DNA of 64,000 bases, taken from Chiloscyllium plagiosum (taxonomy: Eukaryota). Location of the stretch: NCBI RefSeq assembly GCF_004010195.1, contig NC_057718.1, forward strand, positions 28,565,071 to 28,629,070, written 5' to 3'. A program made the position numbers and the translations under genes. The notes below the pieces were generated by a model. The model ran no database searches, had not been told where the DNA came from, and worked only from the letters and a program-made list of their open reading frames with translations. Positions 38,880 to 52,200 of the stretch are shown in pieces (the first letter of the stretch is position 1; the number at the start of each line of letters is the position of its first letter).

Positions 38880-39690
38880 TGTAAAGGAAAGCAATTGTTT
38901 GCGGACTGAATCTTGATATTTTTTCAAGCCTCAATGAATGGCAGGACACTAGGAAGCCCAGAAGAACAAAGGGATCCTGGGGTATTTGTCACTGAAGGTA
39001 GTAGGACAGGTTTGTTAAGAAGATGTAGGGGACATTAGTCTTTATCAGTTGTGCCATAGATTGTTAGAGCAAGGAGGTTATGTTGGAGCTGTATAAAACT
39101 TTGGTTAGACTACAGCTGGAGTGTATAGTTCTGGTCACCACGCTATAAGAGGGATGTGATTGCACTAGACGGGGTGAAAAAGGAGACTCACCAGGATACT
39201 GCCTGGGATGGAACATTTCAGCTCTGAATAGAGGCTGGATATGGTCAGGTTTTCTTTAGAACCGAGAAGGTTGAGGGGGGAACCTGATAGAGGTGTATAA
39301 GATTATGGGAGGCATGGACATGGTGGAGACTAAACAGCTGTTCCCCTTGGTGAAGGGCCAAGAACAAAGATGAGGGGGGGGGGGGGGGGGGTGGGGGGGT
39401 GGGGGTGGGGGGGATGGTGGTGTGTGGAATCATTTTAAGGTGAAAGGGAAGAGGTTTAAAGGGATTTTGAGGAAAATATTTTTTACCCAGAGGGTAGTGG
39501 AATGCTGGAATGCTCAGCTTGGAAGAGTGATTGAGGCGGACCACCTGACAACCTTCCATGAGTACATGAAGGAAATACTTGGAGTGTCTTAACATTTAAG
39601 GCTATAGGCTGGAAAGTGGGATTACTGGCGCAGACTCGATGGGCTGAGGGGCCTGCTCTGTGCTGTATGACTCTATCGCTCTATGACCTT
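38880..39690 (+). mobile_element. Old CR1 3' fragment with expanded G-tract (39373-39413)
   Basis: RT C-terminal and 3'UTR similarity, ending ...tgctgtatgactctat. Confidence 0.8.
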
Positions 39691-40086
39691 TCCATCTGTT
39701 CCATGTTAAAGTAATGTAACATTCAGAATGTAACTGATCAGGCTCCCAATTCTCTAAAGTCTGGCCTGACATTCAAAACTTGAAGCATGTATATTCTGGA
39801 TATTGGAGTCAACTCCAAACCAACCGACATGCAAGCTGGTTACTAACAATAATTTCACTCTAAGTATTGAGAAACCAGCTCAAGATGAATAGTTGTTAGT
39901 GCAGGGAAGAGCAACTTGACTCATAAATTGACAAATTTGAAACTGCTGAATGAGTAATCATGATACAGGATGCTGAAGGTAATTGCAGTCAATGTATCAT
40001 TTCTACATAACTCAACTTGGTCATCACCCACCGAATGCCACAGATGTAGATGATGCTGTCAGTGAAGAGATAGCATACTGTTAACA

Positions 40087-40650
40087 ATTTGATTTGACAT
40101 TTTTTATTGCCACATGTACTGAGATACAGAGAAAAGTATTGTTTTGCATGCTATCCTGTCAAATCATGCCTTACATATGCACATCAGGGTAATAGAACAG
40201 AATGCAGAATATAGGGTTACAGTGACAGAGAAGGTGCAGAGAAAGATCAACTCTAATACATGAGAGGTCCACTATCTGATAACAGTAGGGAAGAAGCTAT
40301 TCTTGAACCTGTTGGTATGTGTTTTCAATTGTTTGTATCTTTTGTCCGATGGAAGAGAGTATAACCAGGGTGAGAGGGGTCTTTGATTAATTTGGCTGCT
40401 TTCCCAATGCTGCAAGAAGTATAGTCAGAGTCAACAAAAGGAAGGCTGGTTTTCGTGATGGACTGGGTTACGTTCTCTGTAATTTCTTTCAGTCTTGAGC
40501 AAAGCAGTTTTCATATCGTGCTGTATGCATTTGGATAAGGTGTTTTCTGTGATGCATCTTTAGAAATTTGTAAGATTCATAGTGGACATGCTGAATTTCC
40601 TTAGCCTTCGGAGGAAGATGAGGCATTAGTGTGCTTTCTTGACTGTTTAC
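40087..40650 (-). mobile_element. Probable Rex1/Babar-type LINE 3' fragment
   Basis: (atttg)n/ttattg.cacatgtac terminus and gaagaagctattcttgaacctgttgg... region typical of such elements; from recognition only. Confidence 0.45.
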
Positions 40651-42888
40651 ATAACTAGTGTACTTTTTTTTGCACTAACTCTAAGGATAACTTTACATAA
40701 TACTTCTCTGGTGAGGGCTGTGCTGACTTGAGAGACCACAAGACCGGGAGTTTTAGACATAGCATGGTCCCACCACTGGGGCTGAAAATGGGAGACCGTC
40801 AAGTTTCAGCAGATTGTGGAATACAATACAGCACTTCATCAGTGACAGACAATTAGGCAATCAGTGCCTTCCTATTAACAACATTATCCCACACACAAGA
40901 ACTGCCAGCCCAATAAGAAACCCAGCTGCCAAGCAGTGCCACCACAAGCAGTGGCCATTGCTGGAGTTGCACCTGAAAGAAGAGGATATTTCGACGGATG
41001 TCTGTCCTCAAACTATGTGTTAACTGGTTTTGTGGGCACTAGAGCCAATTGAACAGGTGGGTGTTACTGATGATGTGATGGTATGTGGAAGGAAATCTCC
41101 ACCGGGGAGGATGCGTTTGTGGGTGGAACATTGCCCAAGAAGGATACCCCTCCAAGAACCTGCTTGGAGGCTGCCAAGGCTTACCCACATTTTGGAGGGT
41201 GGCCCGGCTACATTGGATGCCAGTGGAGACAGGAAGCAGCCCTGAATGGTGCATTGAGTTAGGCTCTAGGCAAGGGACTGTCTGCCACATTTGCTTCCCT
41301 GCCAAAATGCTTAGCTGGTGGGAAGGTATTGGGCATGTTACACCAGGCCTTTCTATACCATTTTGTCTACCTTCCCACTTCCAAGATCATTTCCAAAGGC
41401 CTCACAAAATTCTGGGCTCTATTTTCTGGGTAGAACAAGTGGTCTTAAAATTCTTGGAATTGATTAGGAAACTTTCCAGATTGGAATGTCTCTTCCAACT
41501 TGCAGTGGGATGAAGTGCAGATCAGATATATCCTGGATCTGGAATTGTTTTGTAGATGGGGTATCATTCCGAGCTGCAAGTGTTGATATCCATATTTGAG
41601 ACAATGTTAACTGGCAGGCACCTAATGATATTGCTCATGGAACGCAAAAGTGATTCTGTTTTTAATAGCAACACGAGTGTTTAAAACATGTTTATTTAGT
41701 GGGATGTTTTAGGATGGTATGTTCTTCCTCTGTTATGGGCCAGCTTGCTTGAGAAGGTGAAACATCTCTATGGTTAGTATGTTGGCTTTGTGTTCATTTA
41801 GTTTACTCAAGTTTCATTTTACTGTAATTTAATCCAAATTCTAATTTTAAACAGTGCTGTTGAGTTGAGAGGTTTCCAACTCTGCGACCAGTGACCAGCT
41901 GTTATAGTAACAGGCTTAAAGCTTACTTCAGCATCACGCAGGTTTAGAAACATCACCTGTGGTTTGTAAAACAAATTCATATTTAAAATGAGGGTTGCTT
42001 CCAGCTCTTTTCCTTCATGCTAGTTTCACCTTGATTCTATCCCCTCCTTTTCATTCAGTTCAATTTTTTACTCTTTCCTTTTAAATATGTACCTTTTATT
42101 TGGTACTTTTATGACGTTCCCTCTCATATTCAACATCTCAAGCTCATTTTTCAATGGTCTACACCTCCTCTGGTTCATGGTCTCAGCTATTACACTAGAG
42201 TTACATACAGCAGTGCCCTCAAATACCTGCCAGTGCCAGTCTAATCATTACCACATGGTAAGTCACAAGTTTGATTTTGGACAAATCTTCCTGTGTTGTC
42301 ATTGTGTTTAAAAACATTGTTTCTGGGCATTGCCTGGCCCTCTTAACTTGGTCTATCCCTTTAAGTGAGTGGAAAAGTTCTGAAAACAAACTTTAGAAAC
42401 TATTCCTATAGGCAATTCTCAATTTCCGTTGCTCTCCTTGACATTGTTTCATTAGAACATTGTTTTATTTTTAGGACGTGATATTTTGAATAACATTAAT
42501 ATTTCCAGTTTTATATTTGACCCTGCCCCAGATGTGCCATCCATCTTAACTTGCTTCACATACCCCTCTGCCTTCACTCTCAATCTGCATTGGTCCTGGC
42601 CCTGCTCATCACCCAGGTGTGGTCTCCCTGCGCTGTCTCCTATCCTGACCTTTACACTCACTGGAGTGGTCTCACTATGCCCTTGCCTCCCACCCATTGT
42701 CCTTACTCACTCCCTTCATCATTAAAACCATTCCCCTTTCCTGTCAACTGTCCCCAATGTGCACTGAAGGCCTCCATCTATTGCTGCACGCACTATTGGG
42801 ATTGAGAAGCTCCCCGCACTAACCAATTTCTGCCACTAGATGGAGAATTGTCAGTCTAAAATAGTGAGAAAGTTATTGAGGATCACTT

Positions 42889-42932
42889 ATAGATTAGATT
42901 AGATTAGATTAGATTACTTACAGTGTGGAAAC
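42889..42932 (-). repeat. (TTAGA)n microsatellite plus minimal HE1-type tail
   Basis: agattagattagattagattagattacttacagtgtggaaac, same tail as 1526-1560. Confidence 0.75.
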
Positions 42933-42937
42933 ACGCA

Positions 42938-45900
42938 GATGTACAACATGGAAACAGATCCTTCGATCCAACTCATCCATGCCAACCAGATATCCCAACC
43001 CAATCTAGTCCCACCTGCCAGCACCCGGCACATATCCCTCCAAACCCTTCCTATTCATAGACCCATCTAGATGCCTTTTAAATGTTGCAATTGTACCAGC
43101 CTCCACCACTTCCTCTGGCAGCTAATTCCATACACATACCACCCTCTGCATGAAAATGTTGCCCCAATAAAGGAAAGCATACTAAACGCCTTCTTCACTA
43201 TCCTATCTACCTGCGACTCCACTTTGAAGGAGCTATGAATCTGCAATCCAAGGTCTCTTTCTTCCCCAAGACCTTACCATTAAGTGTTTAAGCCCTACTA
43301 AGATTTGCTTTCCCAAAATGCAGCACCTCATATTTATCTAAATTAAACTCCATCTGCCACTCCTCAGCCCATTGGCCCATCTGATCAAAATCCCTTTTTA
43401 ATCTGAGGTAACCTTTGCTGTCCACTACACTTCCAATTTTGGTGTCACCTGCAAACTTACTAACTACACCTCTTATACTCACACCCAAATCATTTATATA
43501 AATGATGCAGAGTAGTGGACCCAGCACCGATTCTGGTCACAAGCCTCCAGTCTGAAAAGCAATCCTCCACCACCACCCTCTGTCTTCTACCTTTGAGCCA
43601 GTTCTGTATCCAATTGGCTTGTTCTCCCTGTATTCCATGAGATCTGACCTTGCTAACTGGTCTCCTTTGGGGAACCTTGTCGAATGCCTTACTGAAGTCC
43701 ATATTGATCACGTCCACCGTTCTGCCCTCATCAATCCTCTTTGTTACTTCACCAAAAAAATCAATCAAGTTTGTGAGACATGACTTCCCTTGCACAAAGC
43801 CATGTTGACTATCCCTAATCAGTCCTTGCCTTTCCAAATACATGGACATCTTGTCCCTCAGGATTCCCTCCAACAACTTGCCCACCACTGACGTCAGGCT
43901 CACTGGTCTATAATTGCCTGGGTTGTCCTTACCACCCTTCTTAAACAGTGGTACCACGTTAGTCAACCTCCAATCTTCTGGCACCTCACCTGTGACTATT
44001 GATGATACAAATATCTCAGCAAGAGGCCCAGCAATCACTTCCCTAGCTTCCCACAGAGTTCTAGGGCACACCTGATCAGATCCTGGGATTTATCCACTTT
44101 TATACATTTCAAGACATCCAGCACTTCCTCCTCTGTAATATAGACATTTTTCAATATGTCACCATCTTTTTCCCTACATTTCATGTCTTCCATGTCCTTT
44201 TCCACAGTAAGCATGAATGCAAAATACTCATTTAGTATCTTCCCCACCTCCTGCTGCTCCACACAAGAAGGACGGATCTGCCTTGCTGATCTTTGAGGGG
44301 CCCTATTCTCTTCCTAGTTACCTTTTTGTCCTTAATGTATTCTCCTTAACTCTCATTTCCCCTTTTGCCCTCCTGATTTCCTTCTTAAGTATATTTCTAC
44401 TGCCTTTTTACTCTTCTAAGGATTCATTTGATCTATACCTGACATATGCTTTCTTCTTTTGCTTAACCAAGCCCTCAATTTCTTTAGTCATCCAGCATTC
44501 CCTATACCTACCAGGCCTTCCTTTCACCCTGACAGAAATATACTGTATATGGTCTCTTGTTATCTCATTTTTGAAGGCTTCCCATTTCCAGCTATCCCTT
44601 TATCTGTAAACGTTTGCACCCAGTCAGCTTTTGAAAGTTCTTGCCTAATATCAAAATTGGCCTTCCTCCAATTTAGAACATCAACTTTTAGATTTGGTCT
44701 ATCCTTTTCCATCACAGTTTTAAAATTACTAAAATTATGGTCACTGGCCCTAAAGTGCTCCTTCACTGACACCTCAGTCACCTGCCCTGCCTTTTTTCCC
44801 AAGAGTAAGTCAAGTTTTGCACCTTCTCTAGTAGGTACATCCATATATTGAATCAGAAAATTTTCTTGTACATATTTAACAAATTCCTCTCCATCTTAAC
44901 CCTTAACACTATGGCAGTCCCAGTCTATGTTTGGAAAGTTAAAACCCCCTTTTATAACCACCCTATTATTCTTACAGAAAAATGTAATCTTCTTACAAAT
45001 CTATTTCTCAATTTCCCTCTGACTATTAGGGGGTCTATAATACAATCCCAAAAAGGTGATCATCCCTTTCTTATTTCTCAGTTCAACCCAAATAACTTCT
45101 CTGGATGTATCTCCAGGAATATCCTCCCTCAATACAGCTGTAATGCTATCCCTTATCAAAAACACCACTCCCCCTCCTCTCTTGCCTCCCTTTCAGTCCT
45201 TTCAGTAGCATTTGCATCCTGGAACATTAAGCTGCCAGTCCTGTCCATCCCTGAGCCACATTTTTGTAATTGCTATGATGTCCCAGTCCCATGCCCTGAG
45301 TTCATGCCTGATCGGCCTCTTACACTGAAATAAATGCAAGTCCTACCTTGTTCTCTGCTTTGTCCCTGCCTGCCCTGACTGTTTGACTCGCTTCTTTTCT
45401 CAACTGTACCAGTCTCAGATTGATTTCTTTCCTCACTGTCTCCCCAGGTCCCACTCCCCCACCTTACTAGTTGAAATCCTCCTGAGCAGCTCTAGCAAAT
45501 CACCTTGCCAGTATATTAGGTGCAATCTGTCCTTCTTGTACAGGTCACTTCTACCCCAGAAGAGATTCCAATGATCAAAAAATGGGTATCCTTCTCCCAT
45601 ATACCAGCTCCTCAGCCATGCATTCATCTGCTCTATTCTCCTATTCCTACCTCACTAGCTCGCAGCACCGGGAGTAATCCAGATATTACTACTCTCAAGG
45701 ACCTCCTTTTTAAATTCCTGCCTGACTCTCTGTAATCTCCCTTCAGAATCTCAACCTTTTCTCTTCCTATTCCGTTGGTTCCAATGTGCATAATGAACTC
45801 CTGCTGGCCCTTCTCCCCCTTGAGAACATTCTGTACTCTCTCTGAGATATCTTTTACCCTGGCACCAGGGAGGCAACATACCATTCTGATTTTTCGTTGC

Positions 45901-46730
45901 TGGCCACAGAAATGTCTGTCTGTGCCTTGGATCTCTTGATACCATAAACTTGGCTATTCGTGCTATATTCCCCTGAGAATCCATCACCCCCTACATTTTC
46001 CAAAACTGCATATTTGTTTGAATTAGGATAGCCACAGAAGACTCCTGCACTACCTGCCTACCTTTCTTACCTTTTCTGGAGTTAATCCATCTATCTGACT
46101 GTATCTGCAACTTTTCTCCCCCTCCTATAACTGCCATCCATCACACCACCTTGCTCTTTTAAATTCCTCACTGCCTCTAACTGCCTCTCCAACCGATCCA
46201 TTCGATCTGATAGGATTCATAACCAACTACATTTATTGCAGATATAATCCTTGGTAACACATAAATGCTCCCTAAACTCCCACATCCATCAAGAAGTGCA
46301 TATCACTTTACTAAAGGCCATTTTTGTTTCTTCCAATCTACAGACCCAGAAAATAGCGCCATCTTATTCCTCTACAAAACACTGCTCCAGCTAACTTAAT
46401 ACTTATGGTTTATATTTAATCAAGAGACATATCTCAATAAAACATATAGTCAAAAAAGAATCCACTCTACTCACTACTGCAGATTACTGTAAGGCCACAT
46501 TAAAACTATTAATTTATCTGTTTCTGTGCTGTGACCTCTCCCAAACAGGTTCCTCCAAGATTAATTGTGAATTTCACTGGTTGTTAATTTTCCCAGGCGC
46601 ACTTTGATGTCCAGCAATATATGATTTCAAAACAGCAAAGGCAGTAACTGCACAGGTTCACTGCTGTATCACCATGTGCTGCCTTTGTTTGTCCCTCTCC
46701 CTTTTAAAAGTGCTGTTGTTTCACTTTGTT
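42938..46730 (-). mobile_element. Near full-length decayed CR1 (HER1-like) LINE with internal deletions: 5'UTR, esterase ORF1, EN-RT ORF2, 3'UTR
   Basis: MVCCLPGARVKD..HIGTN (SGNH-type); PTREGAKLDLLL..SDHN (APE); VPEDWRLTNVVPLFKKG..NYRPVSLTS..SQHGF..MDFSKAFDKVP (RT); deletion junction near 43166. Confidence 0.95.
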
Positions 46731-47221
46731 TGAATTGCTATCTTACAAAACAGGTAACATTTGCTTTAACTTGCTGCTTTGGCTGAGATTATTGTGAAGG
46801 ACCCACTGTCTCAACCTCTCCCATTGAGTGAGGTATGGTGTTCCTCAGGTTAAACCACCACCAGTTCTCTCTCTCTAATGATGGTGCAGCCCTATGGTTT
46901 AGTATGATTATGGCAAGTTTATATTTTAAAAATACATAATGTATTTTCTTTAAAGTATTGTACTTATTTTATATTTAGTGACATATTTTATTTTGAAGTT
47001 GCTTCATCTAAGAAGGTGCAGTGTGGTAAAATATTTCAACTTCTATTTTTGCAGGTGAGAAATATCCATAAGAATATAACTCCGGCTTTAACATCGATTT
47101 CTACAGTCCCTATGATTCCCATGATTCACTTAAAGTTGTCGCATATAATTCATTTAAAGTTGATTCCCACGATTCACTTATTAGCATTGCTCAGGATGGG
47201 ATCACATTTTTAAGTGAAGAC

Positions 47222-47369
47222 TGAGAGAAAGTGAGGACTGCAGATGCTGGAGATCAGAGTCAAAAAATGTGGCGCTGGAAAAGCACAGCAGGTCAGACAG
47301 CATCCAAGGAGCAGGAGAGTCAACCTGCTGCCTAACCTGCTGTGCCTTTCCAGTGCCACACTTTCTGAC
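47222..47369. mobile_element. Palindromic PLE pLTR insertion (family B) with perfect 13-bp TSD, lacking hammerhead core
   Basis: tttaagtgaagac at 47209-47221 and 47370-47382; main arm stops at the predicted cleavage triplet. Confidence 0.88.
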
Positions 47370-48996
47370 TTTAAGTGAAGACCACTTGTAGTGAGCCTTG
47401 GGCTTTCAAGCCTTTTTCTGACTTCCAGACCTGGTCAAGCAGAGCCAGTATATCTCACCTCATTGGGTTTACCACTTTCACCTGGCACTCTGGGTTCTGA
47501 CTGTCCGAAAAGAATAGGAACTTCCAGTGTAAAGCTAGTGCGTGGCTTGGAGTGGTATGAGCTTCAAGTCATGGTACTCCAAAGCATCTGCTTCCCTGGT
47601 CCTTCTAGGTGGGGCAGGTCATACCTTTGGAAAGTTCTAGAAAGAGCCTTGTTGACTTGCTGCAGCACATCTACTAGGTAGTACAGACTGTTGTTACTGT
47701 GCATTGGCGGTTGAGAGAGCGAATGTTTAAGGTGTGAGATGGTGTACCAAAAATGTGGTTTGTTCTGCCTTAGACGTTTTTGAGTTTCTTGAGTGTTGCT
47801 GGAACTGCACCCATCCAGGCAAGTTGGAGAATGTTCCATCACACTCATGATTGTGACTTGTATGAGGTGGACAGGTTTCCCAGAGGTGAGTTACTTGTTT
47901 TAGAATTCTCATTTTTGACCTGTGCTTATAGCCTCTATTTTTGTATGGCAATACCTGACCAGTTTCTGGTCAATAGTTTACTCCAGAATGTGGATAGTAA
48001 AGGATTTGGCAAAAAAAAATTAAACTGAATGTCATGCGTCTTGGGAATTGTGCTTAACATATTTGCCAATTTGCTGATCTAACAAACGAATCCAATTGTT
48101 TTAATTTTTTGAGCTTATGTTGGTTGACCATTGATAGCCACTTGAAGTTGTTAATTATTTTCTCGATTCAGAAGGTGATTATTAGGATTGTGACCTACAT
48201 GCATTACACTTATTTTGTTGTTGATTAAGGCAGTTGTTCAGTTTTTGTTGTTGTAAAGATCATTGCTGTAGTATTAAAACTGAAAACTATTGAAGTTTCT
48301 ACTGTTTTGTATGCTGTGCATAGAGATGGGTAAAGATATTCCTTTACCAAGGTGGCTGAGGATTTCCAACTTATGAGTGGGTAGAAACTTGTCAAAATGG
48401 TTTCAATCAATATGATTCGTTGTGTTTTGACTGTATCAAAGATGGCTGCGACAATGTTGATCTCGCTGGTTTTTCTGTGTCTGAAGTGCTTGCTCACCAA
48501 ATTCAATACCATGCGATCAGATTTGCACTCTTTTTCTTTGTCTCTGCCATTTCTAACAATTAGATTTAATAAATCCTTACAGTTATTGAATAAAACTTGT
48601 GGTTTTCACCTAAACTGCCAAACTAACAAAGATTTCACCAACTTACTGTTAGGAATTTTAAACGTTAAATTCTATATATAAAACTTTTTTTCTCATTTAT
48701 TCACTTTTGGGATGTGGGTGTCGCTGGCTGGCCAACATTCATTGTCTGTCCCAAGTTGTCCTTGAGAAGATGGCGGTGAGCTGCCTTCTTGAACCGCTAT
48801 AGTCCACATGCTGCAGATAATCCCACAATGCTCTGGGGGAGGGAATTCTAGGCTTTTGACCCAGTGACGTCTGATTTTTTTAAATTGATCGATGTACCTT
48901 AAGCCAGTCCCTAAAGAATCTTTTGAACTTGCTTGTTGATAATCTTTTTTTCAAATAAATAGCCTAAAGCTGCTGAAAGGCTACCAGAATTCTTAA

Positions 48997-49213
48997 TAAA
49001 ACTGAAAGAACTGCGGATGCTCTAAATCAGAGACAAAAGTAGAAATTGCTGGAAAAGCTCAGCGGGACCAATAGCATCTGTGGAGAGAAATCAGAGTTCA
49101 CATTTTGGGTTCAGTGACCTGATGAAGAGTCACTCGACCCAAAACATTAAATCTGATTTCTCTCCACAGATGCTGTCAGGCCTGCTGAGCTTTTCCAGCA
49201 ATTTCTACTTTTG
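48997..49213. mobile_element. Palindromic PLE pLTR insertion (family C) with 15-bp TSD; other family C pieces ~2960-3020, 13970-14060, 21628-21760, 57835-57950
   Basis: tac[c/t]agaattcttaa at 48982-48996 and 49214-49228; CTGATGA-a-GAGTC actc GACCC-AAAA-CATT from 49119. Confidence 0.85.
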
Positions 49214-52200
49214 TACTAGAATTCTTAACTTTGTTTCCCAGCTAGGATTTTTGTTTTTTTCCTCCAAAGAATTGAATCTACTATGGGTGTCTAATATTTG
49301 GTGTTATTTCCCACGTAATCAATACGGATTTATCTCCTCACCTCCTAATAGGCTTTTATTGCTTTCACTGCTTCTTCTTTTCCCTTAAAGGTTTGTTTCC
49401 CCTATTAGAAGCTGTAAACAAAACTTTCATTTATGTACAGTGGTCTTTGTTTTTCTCTGCATGAGGTTTCTGTTCAAAGATTTTGTTTCATAGCTGCTGT
49501 TTAACACATTAGCTTTTCTGGCTGCTAGCTGGTCTTAAAGCTAAGTAACTTTTTTGCATTCTTCTCCAGATGATTTCAAATCTGATTTTTGACTTTTTTT
49601 TACTGCCGGTATTTCCTAGGTAGTGGATCTCATCTTTTGTTGTGTTGTTTTAGGGCCTTACTTGAGAATTTGAGTTGAAGATGGACTGGTCAAGGAGAAG
49701 ACAAAATCAAGAACTCTCTTCAAGATTAAGCTCTGTAGAACTCTATGTATTGCATGTTAACACCATATATAAGTATATACAGTTATCCGAGATATACCAG
49801 GTTCTGATCCTCCTGTTACATTGTTAAGAGACTTATCTACATCTGCTTCTCTGTTCCCATCCCCCGTGTTGTATATTTTATGTGGGAAACAGCTCCATGA
49901 CATTATCATAAGATTTCTTCAGGGCCCTAAAACCTTTACACAAGGGTGATCCAGGGTACACAGATCGAGCAATAATTTACTGGGTTGGATTTGTGCTAAT
50001 GTTTTGGACATGTATATGCCTGGGCAATTTTCCGTGGTGCTGAATAGATGCCTGTCTTGTATCTGTACTGGAACAACTTGGCTATGGGCATGGCTAGTCT
50101 TGAACACAGATCTCCAGAACTATCACGGAATGTTGTCAGGGCCATTATCTGTTGCCTTATCCCGTGCCTTCAGTTTTTTCTTGATAGAATATGGATTAAA
50201 TCGAATTGGCTGAAGACTGGTATCTGTGATCATGGGGACTTCTGGAGGAGGCTGAGGTGGATCATTCATTCAGCACTTCTGGTTGAAGGTGGTTGCAAAT
50301 GTTTCGGCCTTATCTTTTGAGCTGATGTGCTCATCCATCATTGAGGATGGGGATATTTGTGGAGCCTCCTCTTCCAGTGTGTTGTTTAATTGTCCACCAC
50401 CATTCAGGACTGGATGTGGCAGGACTGCAGAGCTTAGATCTAATCTGTTGGTTGGGTGATCATTTAGCTCCGTCTATCAGTTGTTGCTTCCATCTGTAAC
50501 TGTACGCTTGAAATCACTTTACGGTTTCAAAATAGTCACTTGAGTGAGTTATGAACAATTTTTAGAACCAGGGGACTTAGACTGCAGTGTGATTCACTGT
50601 GTTAGGGAGTTATAGAGAAGAGTGTAAGAAACCAAAAGATCATGTGATAAAAAAGAAATTTACTGTATAAGGCAGTTAGTACTGGAAAGGTTAACTAACA
50701 TCAGAAAATCTTGAGACTTATCGTGAGAGGAGCTAACTGATTTTTGTGTCTGTGTGTACCAGTAGCTAATTGTAATGTGTAACTTATTCTTATGTCAAGC
50801 CTGATATCCCGTAAAGAGAGATATTCAGTTTTTGCAGTGGGATCAGAGGCCAAAGGTCAGTGGCAGCAAATGGCAACAGAGGTTAATAACAATGGTTACC
50901 TCACAGACCTGGATGCAGTATAAGAAGAAGTTAATGATATTCAAGAATTATCACAGTCAGGAGTGTACTGTCAAAAGACACATACAACTGCCTGAACTAC
51001 TAGGCTCACCTATAATTCAATTCACCACACATCCTCAGTCATATATTAATAATTGCTATCAATCAGGACTTTTATGTAATAGTCCTATGATTTACATCAC
51101 CCTCATATACGTAGCACTGTTGCAAATCATCATATTCACATAGACTGCCTGCTATTGAGCCATGGTAGTCACATCACTCAAACAAATTGCACAAACATTC
51201 ATTGATACATTTCCCTCCTTTTTGTCATTGTAGGCGGTGCATAGCGAGTGATAGTAGGCATTATTACATTGAGGACAGGCAAGCTTATATGTTTTAGCTC
51301 CCATGGAGGTGACGGCCATTTATCTGATGAGACATTGCTGGGAACTCTTCTAGTACTTGTCCTGCTCTACTCATTCTCCCATTGCTGTTCAATGACACAG
51401 GAAACCCTGTTAGCCCACTAATATCTAGAAGCTCCTAGTTTGTGCAAATCCCTTTCAAGTCACAATAAAATATTTCAGCAGCACTCAAGCCAGACTCTGT
51501 AGACCATTGAAACCTAAATCATAATGGATAGACACCAAAAATATGAAGCAACAATCTAGAAACCAACCTGAAACTAAAAGATAATGTCTTGGGAGGTTAA
51601 GAGTTGGTGTTGGTTACAGTGTGAAATTATGAAATGGCAGCACTGGTGTCAAATCGGTGTTCCCTGTCGATTGATACTAGAATCTCCTGCTGGTGGTAAT
51701 TAGATATGTGCGCACACAAATGCCTTTACAGAAATGGGGTTTAGGGCACTTCCAGTAGGAAACGTCAATGCATGTCATAGATCCTAATTTGGTCATTTAA
51801 AAGCTCTCATTATAGTCAGGAACTGAATACGATAGAGTTCAATTTCCCACCAGCCTGATCTGTTAAGATAACTAGGATTAGGACAGAAAATGGGTGCCCT
51901 AGCAAAGTACTTGATGACCTTTTATTCATAGTTTAAAAACATATCAGTTAATGAGGTCTGAACTTTTCTCAGCATGTAGGTGGATTCTAGCATTTCAAAC
52001 GTCACTTGGAAAAGCTGTAAGTGTCGAAGTTTTGGAGTGAAAATCTGTACAGATGTTTAAAGTTTTCTAACTTGATGGATTCCCAAGAATACAAAACACG
52101 GTGAGTCATTAAAGAGGTGATTATCTGTAATATCGAACACAGTATTTTTCCAATGTAACAACTGGATTCTTAGCTATGGCCCTCAAAGCACTTGAAACAG

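Noticed and set aside
48442..48530. MAATMLISLVFLCLKC... as the signal-peptide exon of the EGF gene
   Set aside because: No convincing phase-1 donor, and it lies among LINE remnants; the first exon could not be identified.
51297..51421. Hydrophobic stretch LLGTLLVLVLLYSFSHC as a leader exon
   Set aside because: No upstream in-frame ATG, and it ends in a stop without a donor site.
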